Shown here: positions 50,701-64,000 of the stretch, one piece after another
Numbering within the stretch: position 1 is the stretch's first letter
Layout of the letters: every line of letters starts with the position of its first letter
Assembly: GCA_964016885.1 (NCBI GenBank)
Contig: OZ024740.1
Span: 11,656,001 to 11,720,000 of the forward strand
From: Eledone cirrhosa
Taxonomy: Eukaryota
Reading direction: 5' to 3'
DNA: 64,000 nt
The notes under the pieces: generated by a model
Told to the model about the DNA's origin: nothing
Databases searched by the model: none
What the model saw: only the letters and a program-made list of their open reading frames with translations
Translations under genes and position numbers: made by a program

Positions 50701-53700
50701 ATTGTGAGAATGTCTATAGCAGTCAACACATTATTGTGATACTGTCTATAGTAGTCAACAACACTATTGTGATAATGTCTATAGTAGTCAACAACACTAT
50801 TGTGATAATGTCTATAGTAGTCAACACATTATTGTGATAATGTCTATAGTAGTCAACAACAGTATTGTGATGATGTCTATGGTAGTCAACACACTATTGT
50901 GATAATGTCTATAGTAGTCAACACACTATTGTGATAATGTCTATAGTAGTCAACAACACTATTGTGATAATGTCTATAGTAGTCAACAACACTATTGTGA
51001 TGATGTCTATAGTAGTCAACAACACTATTGTGATAATGTCTATAGTAGTCAACAACACTATTGTGATAATGTCTATAGTAGTCAACAACACTATTGTGAT
51101 AATGTCTACAGTAGTCAACACATTATTGTGATAATGTCTATAGTAGTCAACAACACTATTGTGATAATGTCTATAGTAGTCAACACATTATTGTGATAAT
51201 GTCTATAGTAGTCAACAACACTATTGTGATAATGTCTATAGTAGTCAACAACATTATTGTCATAATGTCTATAGTAGTCAACAACACTATCGTGATAATG
51301 TCTATAGTAGTCAACACATTATTGTGATAATGTCTATAGTAGTCAACAACAGTATTGTGATAATGTCTATAGTAGTCAACAACACTATTCTGATAACGCC
51401 TATAGTAGTCAACAACACTATTGTGATAATGTCTATAGTAGTCAACACATTATTGTGATAATGTCTATAGTAGTCAACAACAGTATTGTGATAATGTCAA
51501 TAGTAGTCAACAACACTATTGTGATAATGTCTATAATAGTCAACACATTATTGTGATAATGTCTATAGTAGTCAACACACTATTGTGATAATGTCTATAG
51601 TAGTCAACAACACTATTGTGATAATGTCTATAGCAGTCAACACATTATTGTGATACTGTCTATAGTAGTCAACAATACTATTGTGATAATGTCTATAGTA
51701 GTCAACAACAGTATTGTGATAATGTCTATAGTAGTCAACACATTATTGTGATAATGTCTATAGTAGTCAACAACATTATTGTGATAATGTCTATAGTAGT
51801 CAACACATTATTGTGATAATGTCTATAGTAGTCAACAACACTATTGTGATAATGTCTATAGTAGTCAACAACATTATTGTCATAATGTCTATAGTAGTCA
51901 ACACATTATTGTGATAATGTCTATAGTAGTCAACAACACTATTGTGATAATGTCTATAGTAGTCAACAACAGTATTGTGATAATGTCTATAGTAGTCAAC
52001 AACACTATCGTGATAATGTCTATATTTGTCAACACATTATTGTGATAATGTCTATAGTAGTCAACAACAGTATTGTGATAATGTCTATAGTAGTCAACAA
52101 CACTATTCTGATAACGCCTATAGTAGTCAACAACACTATTGTGATAATGTCTATAGTAGTCAACACATTATTGTGATAATGTCTATAGTAGTCAACAACA
52201 GTATTGTGATAATGTCTATAGTAGTCAACAACACTATTGTGATAATGTCTATAATAGTCAACACATTATTGTGATAATGTCTATAGTAGTCAACACACTA
52301 TTGTGATAATGTCTATAGTAGTCAACAACACTATTGTGCTAATGTCTATAGCAGTCAACACATTATTGTGATACTGTCTATAGTAGTCAACAACACTATT
52401 GTGATAATGTCTATAGTAGTCAACAACACTATTGTGATAATGTCTATAGTAGTCAACACATTATTGTGATAATGTCTATAGTAGTCAACAACAGTATTGT
52501 GATAATGTCTATAGTAGTCAACAACATTATTGTCATATTGTCTATAGTAGTCAACACATTATTGTGATAATGTCTATAGTAGTCAACAACACTATTGTGA
52601 TAATGTCTATAGTAGTCAACAACAGTATTGTGATAATGTCTATAGTAGTCAACAACACTATCGTGATAATGTCTATAGTAGTCAACAACACTATTGTGAT
52701 AATGTCTATAGTAGTCAACAACAGTATTGTGATAATGTCTATAGTAGTCAACACACTATTGTGATACTGTCTATAATAGTCAACACACTATTGTGATAAT
52801 GTCTATAGTAGTCAACAATACTATTGTGATAATGTCTATAGTAGTCAACAACAGTATTGTGATAATGTCTATAGTAGTCAACACACTATTGTGATACTGT
52901 CTATAGTAGTCAACACACTATTGTGATAATGTATATAGTAGTCAACAACAGTATTGTGATAATGTCTATAGTAGTCAACAACACTATTGTGATAATGTCT
53001 ATAGTAGTCAACACATTATTGTGATAATGTCTATAGTAGTCAACACACTATTGTGATAATGTCTATAGTAGTCAACAGCACTATTGTGAGAATGTCTATA
53101 GCAGTCAACACATTATTGTGATACTGTCTATAGTAGTCAACAACACTATTGTGATAATGTCTATAGTAGTCAACAACACTATTGTGATAATGTCTATAGT
53201 AGTCAACACATTATTGTGATAATGTCTATAGTAGTCAACAACAGTATTGTGATAATGTCTATGGTAGTCAACACACTATTGTGATAATATCTATAGTAGT
53301 CAACACACTATTGTGATAATGTCTATAGTAGTCAACAACACTATTGTGATAATGTCTATAGTAGTCAACAACACTATTGTGATGATGTCTATAGTAGTCA
53401 ACAACACTATCGTGATAATGTCTATAGTAGTCAACACATTATTGTGATAATGTCTATAGTAGTCAACACATTATTGTGATACTGTCTATAGTAGTCAACA
53501 ACACTATTGTGATAATGTCTATAGTAGTCAACACATTATTGTGATAATGGCTATAGTAGTCAACAACACTATTGAGATAATGTCTATAGTAGTCAACAAC
53601 AGTATTGTGATAATGTCTATAGTAGTCAACACACTATTGTGATACTGTCTATAATAGTCAACACACTATTGTGATAATGTATATAGTAGTCAACAAAACT

Positions 53701-56700
53701 ATTGTGATAATGTCTATAGTAGTCAACACATTATTGTGATAATGTCTATAGTAGTCAACAACAGTATTGTGATAATGTCTATAGTAGTCAACATTATTGT
53801 CATAATGTCTATAGTAGTCAACACATTATTGTGATAATGTCTATAGTAGTCAACAACACTATTGTGATAATGTCTATAGTAGTCAACAACAGTATTGTGA
53901 TAATGTCTATAGTAGTCAACAACACTATCGTGATAATGTCTGTAGTAGTCAACAACACTATTGTGATAATGTCTATAGTAGTCAACAACAGTATTGTGAT
54001 AATGTCTATAGTAGTCAACAACACTATTGTGATAATGTCTATAGTAGTCAACACATTATTGTGATAATGTCTATAGTAGTCAACACACTATTGTGATAAT
54101 GTCTATAGTAGTCAACAACACTATTGTGAGAATGTCTATAGCAGTCAACACATTATTGTGATACTGTCTATAGTAGTCAACAACACTATTGTGATAATGT
54201 CTATAGTAGTCAACAACACTATTGTGATAATGTCTATAGTAGTCAACACATTATTGTGATAATGTCTATAGTAGTCAACAACAGTATTGTGATAATGTCT
54301 ATGGTAGTCAACACACTATTGTGATAATGTCTATAGTAGTCAACACACTATTGTGATAATGTCTATAGTAGTCAACAACACTATTGTGATAATGTCTATA
54401 GTAGTCAACAACACTATTGTGATGATGTCTATAGTAGTCAACAACACTATTGTGATAATGTCTATAGTAGTCAACAACACTATTGTGATAATGTCTATAG
54501 TAGTCAACAACACTATTGTGATAATGTATATAGTAGTCAACACATTATTGTGATAATGTCTATAGTAGTCAACAACACTATTGTGATAATGTCTATAGTA
54601 GTCAACACATTATTGTGATAATGTCTATAGTAGTCAACAACACTATTGTGATAATGTCTATAGTAGTCAACAACACTATTCTGATAACGCCTATAGTAGT
54701 CAACAACACTATTGTGATAATGTCTATAGTAGTCAACACATTATTGTGATAATGTCTATAGTAGTCAACAACAGTATTGTGATAATGTCTATAGTAGTCA
54801 ACAACAGTATTGTGATAATGTCTATAGTAGTCAACAACACTATTGTGATAATGTCTATAATAGTCAACACATTATTGTGATAATGTCTATAGTAGTCAAC
54901 ACATTATTGTGATAATGTCTATAGTAGTCAACAACACTATTGTGATAATGTCTATAGTAGTCAACAACAGTATTGTGATAATGTCTATAGTAGTCAACAA
55001 CACTATCGTGATAATGTCTATATTTGTCAACACATTATTGTGATAATGTCTATAGTAGTCAACAACGGTATTGTGATAATGTCTATAGTAGTCAACAACA
55101 CTATTCTGATAACGCCTATAGTAGTCAACAACACTATTGTGATAATGTCTATAGTAGTCAACACATTATTGTGATAATGTCTATAGTAGTCAACAACACT
55201 ATTGTGATAATGTCTATAGTAGTCAACAACATTATTGTCATAATGTCTATAGTAGTCAACACATTATTGTGATAATGTCTATAGTAGTCAACAACACTAT
55301 TGTGATAATGTCTATAGTAGTCAACAACAGTATTGTGATAATGTCTATAGTAGTCAACAACACTATCGTGATAATGTCTATAGTAGTCAACACATTATTG
55401 TGATAATGTCTATAGTAGTCAACAACAGTATTGTGATAATGTCTATAGTAGTCAACACACTATTGTGATACTGTCTATAGTAGTCAACACACTATTGTGA
55501 TAATGTATATAGTAGTCAACAACAGTATTGTGATAATGTCTATAGTAGTCAACAACACTATTGTGATAATGTCTATAGTAGTCAACACATTATTGTGATA
55601 ATGTCTATAGTAGTCAACACACTATTGTGATAATGTCTATAGTAGTCAACAACACTATTGTGAGAATGTCTATAGCAGTCAACACATTATTGTGATACTG
55701 TCTATAGTAGTCAACAACACTATTGTGATAATGTCTATAGTAGTCAACAACACTATTGTGATAATGTCTATAGTAGTCAACACATTATTGTGATAATGTC
55801 TATAGTAGTCAACAACAGTATTGTGATAATGTCTATGGTAGTCAACACACTATTGTGATAATGTCTATAGTAGTCAACACACTATTGTGATAATGTCTAT
55901 AGTAGTCAACAACACTATTGTGATAATGTCTATAGTAGTCAACAACACTATTGTGATGATGTCTATAGTAGTCAACAACACTATCGTGATAATGTCTATA
56001 GTAGTCAACACATTATTGTGATAATGTCTATAGTAGTCAACACATTATTGTGATAATGTCTATAGTAGTCAACAACACTATTGTGATAATGTCTATAGTA
56101 GTCAACACATTATTGTGATAATGGCTATAGTAGTCAACAACACTATTGTGATAATGTCTATAGTAGTCAACAACATTATTGTCATAATGTCTATAGTAGT
56201 CAACACATTATTGTGATAATGTCTATAGTAGTCAACAACACTGTTGTGATAATGTCTATAGTAGTCAACACACTATTGTGATAATGTCTATAGTAGTCAA
56301 CAACACTATTGTGATAATGTCTATAGCAGTCAACACATTATTGTGATACTGTCTATAGTAGTCAACAACACTATTGTGATAATGTCTATAGTAGTCAACA
56401 ACACTATTGTGATAATGTCTATAGTAGTCAACACATTATTGTGATAATGTCTATAGTAGTCAACAACAGTATTGTGATAATGTCTATAGTAGTCAACAAC
56501 ATTATTGTCATAATGTCTATAGTAGTCAACACATTATTGTGATAATGTCTATAGTAGTCAACAACACTATTGTGATAATGTCTATAGTAGTCAACAACAG
56601 TATTGTGATAATGTCTATAGTAGTCAACAACACTATTGTGATAATGTCTATAGTAGTCAACAACAGTATTGTGATAATGTCTATAGTAGTCAACACACTA

Positions 56701-59700
56701 TTGTGATACTGTCTATAATAGTCAACACACTATTGTGATAATGTATATAGTAAACAAAACTATTGTGATAATGTCTATAGTAGTCAACAACAGTATTGTG
56801 ATAATGTCTATAGTAGTCAACACATTACAGTGATAATGTCTATAGTAGTCAACAACAGTATTGTGATAATGTCTATAGTAGTCAACACACTATTGTGATA
56901 ATGTATATAGTAGTCAACAATACTATTGTGATAATGTCTATAGTAGTCAACAACAGTATTGTGATAATGTCTATAGTAGTCAACACACTATTGTGATACT
57001 GTCTATAGTAGTCAACACACTATTGTGATAATGTATATAGTAGTCAACAACAGTATTGTGATAATGTCTATAGTAGTCAACAACACTATTGTGATAATAT
57101 CTATAGTAGTCAACACATTATTGTGATAATGTCTATAGTAGTCAACACACTATTGTGATAATGTCTATAGTAGTCAACAACACTATTGTGAGAATGTCTA
57201 TAGCAGTCAACACATTATTGTGATACTGTCTATAGTAGTCAACAACACTATTGTGATAATGTCTATAGTAGTCAACAACACTATTGTGATAATGTCTATA
57301 GTAGTCAACACATTATTGTGATAATGTCTATAGTAGTCAACAACAGTATTGTGATGATGTCTATGGTAGTCAACACACTATTGTGATAATGTCTATAGTA
57401 GTCAACACACTATTGTGATAATGTCTATAGTAGTCAACAACACTATTGTGATAATGTCTATAGTAGTCAACAACACTATTGTGATGATGTCTATAGTAGT
57501 CAACAACACTATTGTGATAATGTCTATAGTAGTCAACAACACTATTGTGATAATGTCTATAGTAGTCAACAACACTATTGTGATAATGTCTACAGTAGTC
57601 AACACATTATTGTGATAATGTCTATAGTAGTCAACAACACTATTGTGATAATGTCTATAGTAGTCAACACATTATTGTGATAATGTCTATAGTAGTCAAC
57701 AACACTATTGTGATAATGTCTATAGTAGTCAACAACATTATTGTCATAATGTCTATAGTAGTCAACAACACTATCGTGATAATGTCTATAGTAGTCAACA
57801 CATTATTGTGATAATGTCTATAGTAGTCAACAACAGTATTGTGATAATGTCTATAGTAGTCAACAACACTATTCTGATAACGCCTATAGTAGTCAACAAC
57901 ACTATTGTGATAATGTCTATAGTAGTCAACACATTATTGTGATAATGTCTATAGTAGTCAACAACAGTATTGTGATAATGTCAATAGTAGTCAACAACAC
58001 TATTGTGATAATGTCTATAATAGTCAACACATTATTGTGATAATGTCTATAGTAGTCAACACACTATTGTGATAATGTCTATAGTAGTCAACAACACTAT
58101 TGTGATAATGTCTATAGCAGTCAACACATTATTGTGATACTGTCTATAGTAGTCAACAATACTATTGTGATAATGTCTATAGTAGTCAACAACAGTATTG
58201 TGATAATGTCTATAGTAGTCAACACATTATTGTGATAATGTCTATAGTAGTCAACAACATTATTGTGATAATGTCTATAGTAGTCAACACATTATTGTGA
58301 TAATGTCTATAGTAGTCAACAACACTATTGTGATAATGTCTATAGTAGTCAACAACATTATTGTCATAATGTCTATAGTAGTCAACACATTATTGTGATA
58401 ATGTCTATAGTAGTCAACAACACTATTGTGATAATGTCTATAGTAGTCAACAACAGTATTGTGATAATGTCTATAGTAGTCAACAACACTATCGTGATAA
58501 TGTCTATATTTGTCAACACATTATTGTGATAATGTCTATAGTAGTCAACAACAGTATTGTGATAATGTCTATAGTAGTCAACAACACTATTCTGATAACG
58601 CCTATAGTAGTCAACAACACTATTGTGATAATGTCTATAGTAGTCAACACATTATTGTGATAATGTCTATAGTAGTCAACAACAGTATTGTGATAATGTC
58701 TATAGTAGTCAACAACACTATTGTGATAATGTCTATAATAGTCAACACATTATTGTGATAATGTCTATAGTAGTCAACACACTATTGTGATAATGTCTAT
58801 AGTAGTCAACAACACTATTGTGCTAATGTCTATAGCAGTCAACACATTATTGTGATACTGTCTATAGTAGTCAACAACACTATTGTGATAATGTCTATAG
58901 TAGTCAACAACACTATTGTGATAATGTCTATAGTAGTCAACACATTATTGTGATAATGTCTATAGTAGTCAACAACAGTATTGTGATAATGTCTATAGTA
59001 GTCAACAACATTATTGTCATATTGTCTATAGTAGTCAACACATTATTGTGATAATGTCTATAGTAGTCAACAACACTATTGTGATAATGTCTATAGTAGT
59101 CAACAACAGTATTGTGATAATGTCTATAGTAGTCAACAACACTATCGTGATAATGTCTATAGTAGTCAACAACACTATTGTGATAATGTCTATAGTAGTC
59201 AACAACAGTATTGTGATAATGTCTATAGTAGTCAACACACTATTGTGATACTGTCTATAATAGTCAACACACTATTGTGATAATGTCTATAGTAGTCAAC
59301 AATACTATTGTGATAATGTCTATAGTAGTCAACAACAGTATTGTGATAATGTCTATAGTAGTCAACACACTATTGTGATACTGTCTATAGTAGTCAACAC
59401 ACTATTGTGATAATGTATATAGTAGTCAACAACAGTATTGTGATAATGTCTATAGTAGTCAACAACACTATTGTGATAATGTCTATAGTAGTCAACACAT
59501 TATTGTGATAATGTCTATAGTAGTCAACACACTATTGTGATAATGTCTATAGTAGTCAACAGCACTATTGTGAGAATGTCTATAGCAGTCAACACATTAT
59601 TGTGATACTGTCTATAGTAGTCAACAACACTATTGTGATAATGTCTATAGTAGTCAACAACACTATTGTGATAATGTCTATAGTAGTCAACACATTATTG

Positions 59701-62700
59701 TGATAATGTCTATAGTAGTCAACAACAGTATTGTGATAATGTCTATGGTAGTCAACACACTATTGTGATAATATCTATAGTAGTCAACACACTATTGTGA
59801 TAATGTCTATAGTAGTCAACAACACTATTGTGATAATGTCTATAGTAGTCAACAACACTATTGTGATGATGTCTATAGTAGTCAACAACACTATCGTGAT
59901 AATGTCTATAGTAGTCAACACATTATTGTGATAATGTCTATAGTAGTCAACACATTATTGTGATACTGTCTATAGTAGTCAACAACACTATTGTGATAAT
60001 GTCTATAGTAGTCAACACATTATTGTGATAATGGCTATAGTAGTCAACAACACTATTGAGATAATGTCTATAGTAGTCAACAACAGTATTGTGATAATGT
60101 CTATAGTAGTCAACACACTATTGTGATACTGTCTATAATAGTCAACACACTATTGTGATAATGTATATAGTAGTCAACAAAACTATTGTGATAATGTCTA
60201 TAGTAGTCAACACATTATTGTGATAATGTCTATAGTAGTCAACAACAGTATTGTGATAATGTCTATAGTAGTCAACATTATTGTCATAATGTCTATAGTA
60301 GTCAACACATTATTGTGATAATGTCTATAGTAGTCAACAACACTATTGTGATAATGTCTATAGTAGTCAACAACAGTATTGTGATAATGTCTATAGTAGT
60401 CAACAACACTATCGTGATAATGTCTGTAGTAGTCAACAACACTATTGTGATAATGTCTATAGTAGTCAACAACAGTATTGTGATAATGTCTATAGTAGTC
60501 AACAACACTATTGTGATAATGTCTATAGTAGTCAACACATTATTGTGATAATGTCTATAGTAGTCAACACACTATTGTGATAATGTCTATAGTAGTCAAC
60601 AACACTATTGTGAGAATGTCTATAGCAGTCAACACATTATTGTGATACTGTCTATAGTAGTCAACAACACTATTGTGATAATGTCTATAGTAGTCAACAA
60701 CACTATTGTGATAATGTCTATAGTAGTCAACACATTATTGTGATAATGTCTATAGTAGTCAACAACAGTATTGTGATAATGTCTATGGTAGTCAACACAC
60801 TATTGTGATAATGTCTATAGTAGTCAACACACTATTGTGATAATGTCTATAGTAGTCAACAACACTATTGTGATAATGTCTATAGTAGTCAACAACACTA
60901 TTGTGATGATGTCTATAGTAGTCAACAACACTATTGTGATAATGTCTATAGTAGTCAACAACACTATTGTGATAATGTCTATAGTAGTCAACAACACTAT
61001 TGTGATAATGTATATAGTAGTCAACACATTATTGTGATAATGTCTATAGTAGTCAACAACACTATTGTGATAATGTCTATAGTAGTCAACACATTATTGT
61101 GATAATGTCTATAGTAGTCAACAACACTATTGTGATAATGTCTATAGTAGTCAACAACACTATTCTGATAACGCCTATAGTAGTCAACAACACTATTGTG
61201 ATAATGTCTATAGTAGTCAACACATTATTGTGATAATGTCTATAGTAGTCAACAACAGTATTGTGATAATGTCTATAGTAGTCAACAACAGTATTGTGAT
61301 AATGTCTATAGTAGTCAACAACACTATTGTGATAATGTCTATAATAGTCAACACATTATTGTGATAATGTCTATAGTAGTCAACACACTATTGTGATAAT
61401 GTCTATAGTAGTCAACAACACTATTGTGATAATGTCTATAGCAGTCAACACATTATTGTGATACTGTCTATAGTAGTCAACAATACTATTGTGATAATGT
61501 CTATAGTAGTCAACAACAGTATTGTGATAATGTCTATAGTAGTCAACACATCATTGTGATAATGTCTATAGTAGACAACAACACTATTGTGATAATGTCT
61601 ATAGTAGTCAACACATTATTGTGATAATGTCTATAGTAGTCAACAACACTATTGTGATGTCTATAGTAGTCAACAACATTATTGTCATAATGTCTATAGT
61701 AGTCAACACATTATTGTGATAATGTCTATAGTAGTCAACAACACTATTGTGATAATGTCTATAGTAGTCAACAACAGTATTGTGATAATGTCTATAGTAG
61801 TCAACAACACTATCGTGATAATGTCTATAGTAGTCAACACATTATTGTGATAATGTCTATAGTAGTCAACAACAGTATTGTGATAATGTCTATAGTAGTC
61901 AACAACACTATTGTGATAATGTCTATAGTAGTCAACAACACTATTGTGATAATGTCTACAGTAGTCAACACATTATTGTGATAATGTCTATAGTAGTCAA
62001 CAACACTATTGTGATAATGTCTATAGTAGTCAACACATTATTGTGATAATGTCTATAGTAGTCAACAACACTATTGTGATAATGTCTATAGTAGTCAACA
62101 ACATTATTGTCATAATGTCTATAGTAGTCAACAACACTATCGTGATAATGTCTATAGTAGTCAACACATTATTGTGATAATGTCTATAGTAGTCAACAAC
62201 AGTATTGTGATAATGTCTATAGTAGTCAACAACACTATTCTGATAACGCCTATAGTAGTCAACAACACTATTGTGATAATGTCTATAGTAGTCAACACAT
62301 TATTGTGATAATGTCTATAGTAGTCAACAACAGTATTGTGATAATGTCAATAGTAGTCAACAACACTATTGTGATAATGTCTATAATAGTCAACACATTA
62401 TTGTGATAATGTCTATAGTAGTCAACACACTATTGTGATAATGTCTATAGTAGTCAACAACACTATTGTGATAATGTCTATAGTAGTCAACAACAGTATT
62501 GTGATAATGTCTATAGTAGTCAACACATTATTGTGATAATGTCTATAGTAGTCAACAACATTATTGTGATAATGTCTATAGTAGTCAACACATTATTGTG
62601 ATAATGTCTATAGTAGTCAACAACACTATTGTGATAATGTCTATAGTAGTCAACAACATTATTGTCATAATGTCTATAGTAGTCAACACATTATTGTGAT

Positions 62701-64000
62701 AATGTCTATAGTAGTCAAAAACACTATTGTGATAATGTCTATAGTAGTCAACAACAGTATTGTGATAATGTCTATAGTAGTCAACAACACTATCGTGATA
62801 ATGTCTATATTTGTCAACACATTATTGTGATAATGTCTATAGTAGTCAACAACAGTATTGTGATAATGTCTATAGTAGTCAACAACACTATTCTGATAAC
62901 GCCTATAGTAGTCAACAACACTATTGTGATAATGTCTATAGTAGTCAACACATTATTGTGATAATGTCTATAGTAGTCAACAACAGTATTGTGATAATGT
63001 CTATAGTAGTCAACAACACTATTGTGATAATGTCTATAATAGTCAACACATTATTGTGATAATGTCTATAGTAGTCAACACACTATTGTGATAATGTCTA
63101 TAGTAGTCAACAACACTATTGTGCTAATGTCTATAGCAGTCAACACATTATTGTGATACTGTCTATAGTAGTCAACAACACTATTGTGATAATGTCTATA
63201 GTAGTCAACAACACTATTGTGATAATGTCTATAGTAGTCAACACATTATTGTGATAATGTCTATAGTAGTCAACAACAGTATTGTGATAATGTCTATAGT
63301 AGTCAACAACATTATTGTCATATTGTCTATAGTAGTCAACACATTATTGTGATAATGTCTATAGTAGTCAACAACACTATTGTGATAATGTCTATAGTAG
63401 TCAACAACAGTATTGTGATAATGTCTATAGTAGTCAACAACACTATCGTGATAATGTCTATAGTAGTCAACAACACTATTGTGATAATGTCTATAGTAGT
63501 CAACAACAGTATTGTGATAATGTCTATAGTAGTCAACACACTATTGTGATACTGTCTATAATAGTCAACACACTATTGTGATAATGTCTATAGTAGTCAA
63601 CAATACTATTGTGATAATGTCTATAGTAGTCAACAACAGTATTGTGATAATGTCTATAGTAGTCAACACACTATTGTGATACTGTCTATAGTAGTCAACA
63701 CACTATTGTGATAATGTATATAGTAGTCAACAACAGTATTGTGATAATGTCTATAGTAGTCAACAACACTATTGTGATAATGTCTATAGTAGTCAACACA
63801 TTATTGTGATAATGTCTATAGTAGTCAACACACTATTGTGATAATGTCTATAGTAGTCAACAGCACTATTGTGAGAATGTCTATAGCAGTCAACACATTA
63901 TTGTGATACTGTCTATAGTAGTCAACAACACTATTGTGATAATGTCTATAGTAGTCAACAACACTATTGTGATAATGTCTATAGTAGTCAACACATTATT
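35712..64000. repeat. Satellite array of 33-bp and 31-bp monomers (AAC[AA]CACTATTGTGATAATGTCTATAGTAGTC), >28 kb, roughly 880 monomers, open at the window end
   Basis: Uninterrupted head-to-tail monomers with recurring diagnostic variants. Confidence 0.99.

Noticed and set aside
35712-64000. CRISPR-like array or repetitive protein genes (IVIMSIVVNNT ORFs)
   Set aside because: Monomers are head-to-tail with no unique spacers and no cas genes. The ORFs arise from runs of 33-mers and break at each 31-mer.

Overview
AT-rich, repeat-saturated animal genomic DNA. The (TA)n-rich landscape and SINE/LINE complement suggest a coleoid cephalopod such as octopus (inference). Positions 1-35.7 kb are a patchwork of mostly decayed mobile elements: one CR1/L2-type LINE, at least nine RTE-clade LINE fragments, Penelope-like elements (PLEs) with type I hammerhead ribozymes, tRNA-derived SINEs, and Helitron-like ends. 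One candidate Helitron is present as two inverted copies and carries a compact spliced SGNH-hydrolase gene and a BACK-like ORF. The only clear host gene is one glutathione reductase exon (27112-27335). From about 35.7 kb to the window end is a 31/33-bp satellite with kb-scale higher-order duplications. The main finding is a family of five copies (three divergent sequence types) of a ~100-nt motif with all hammerhead core elements (NUH, GAAA, CUGAUGA) and covarying stems, but with the three strands in an order that is not a circular permutation of hammerhead types I/II/III. It is a candidate pseudoknotted hammerhead, and it delimits a 672-nt retrozyme-like unit whose 5' boundary falls within 0-3 nt of the predicted cleavage site. 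All coordinates and pairings were read by eye; nothing was searched or folded computationally.
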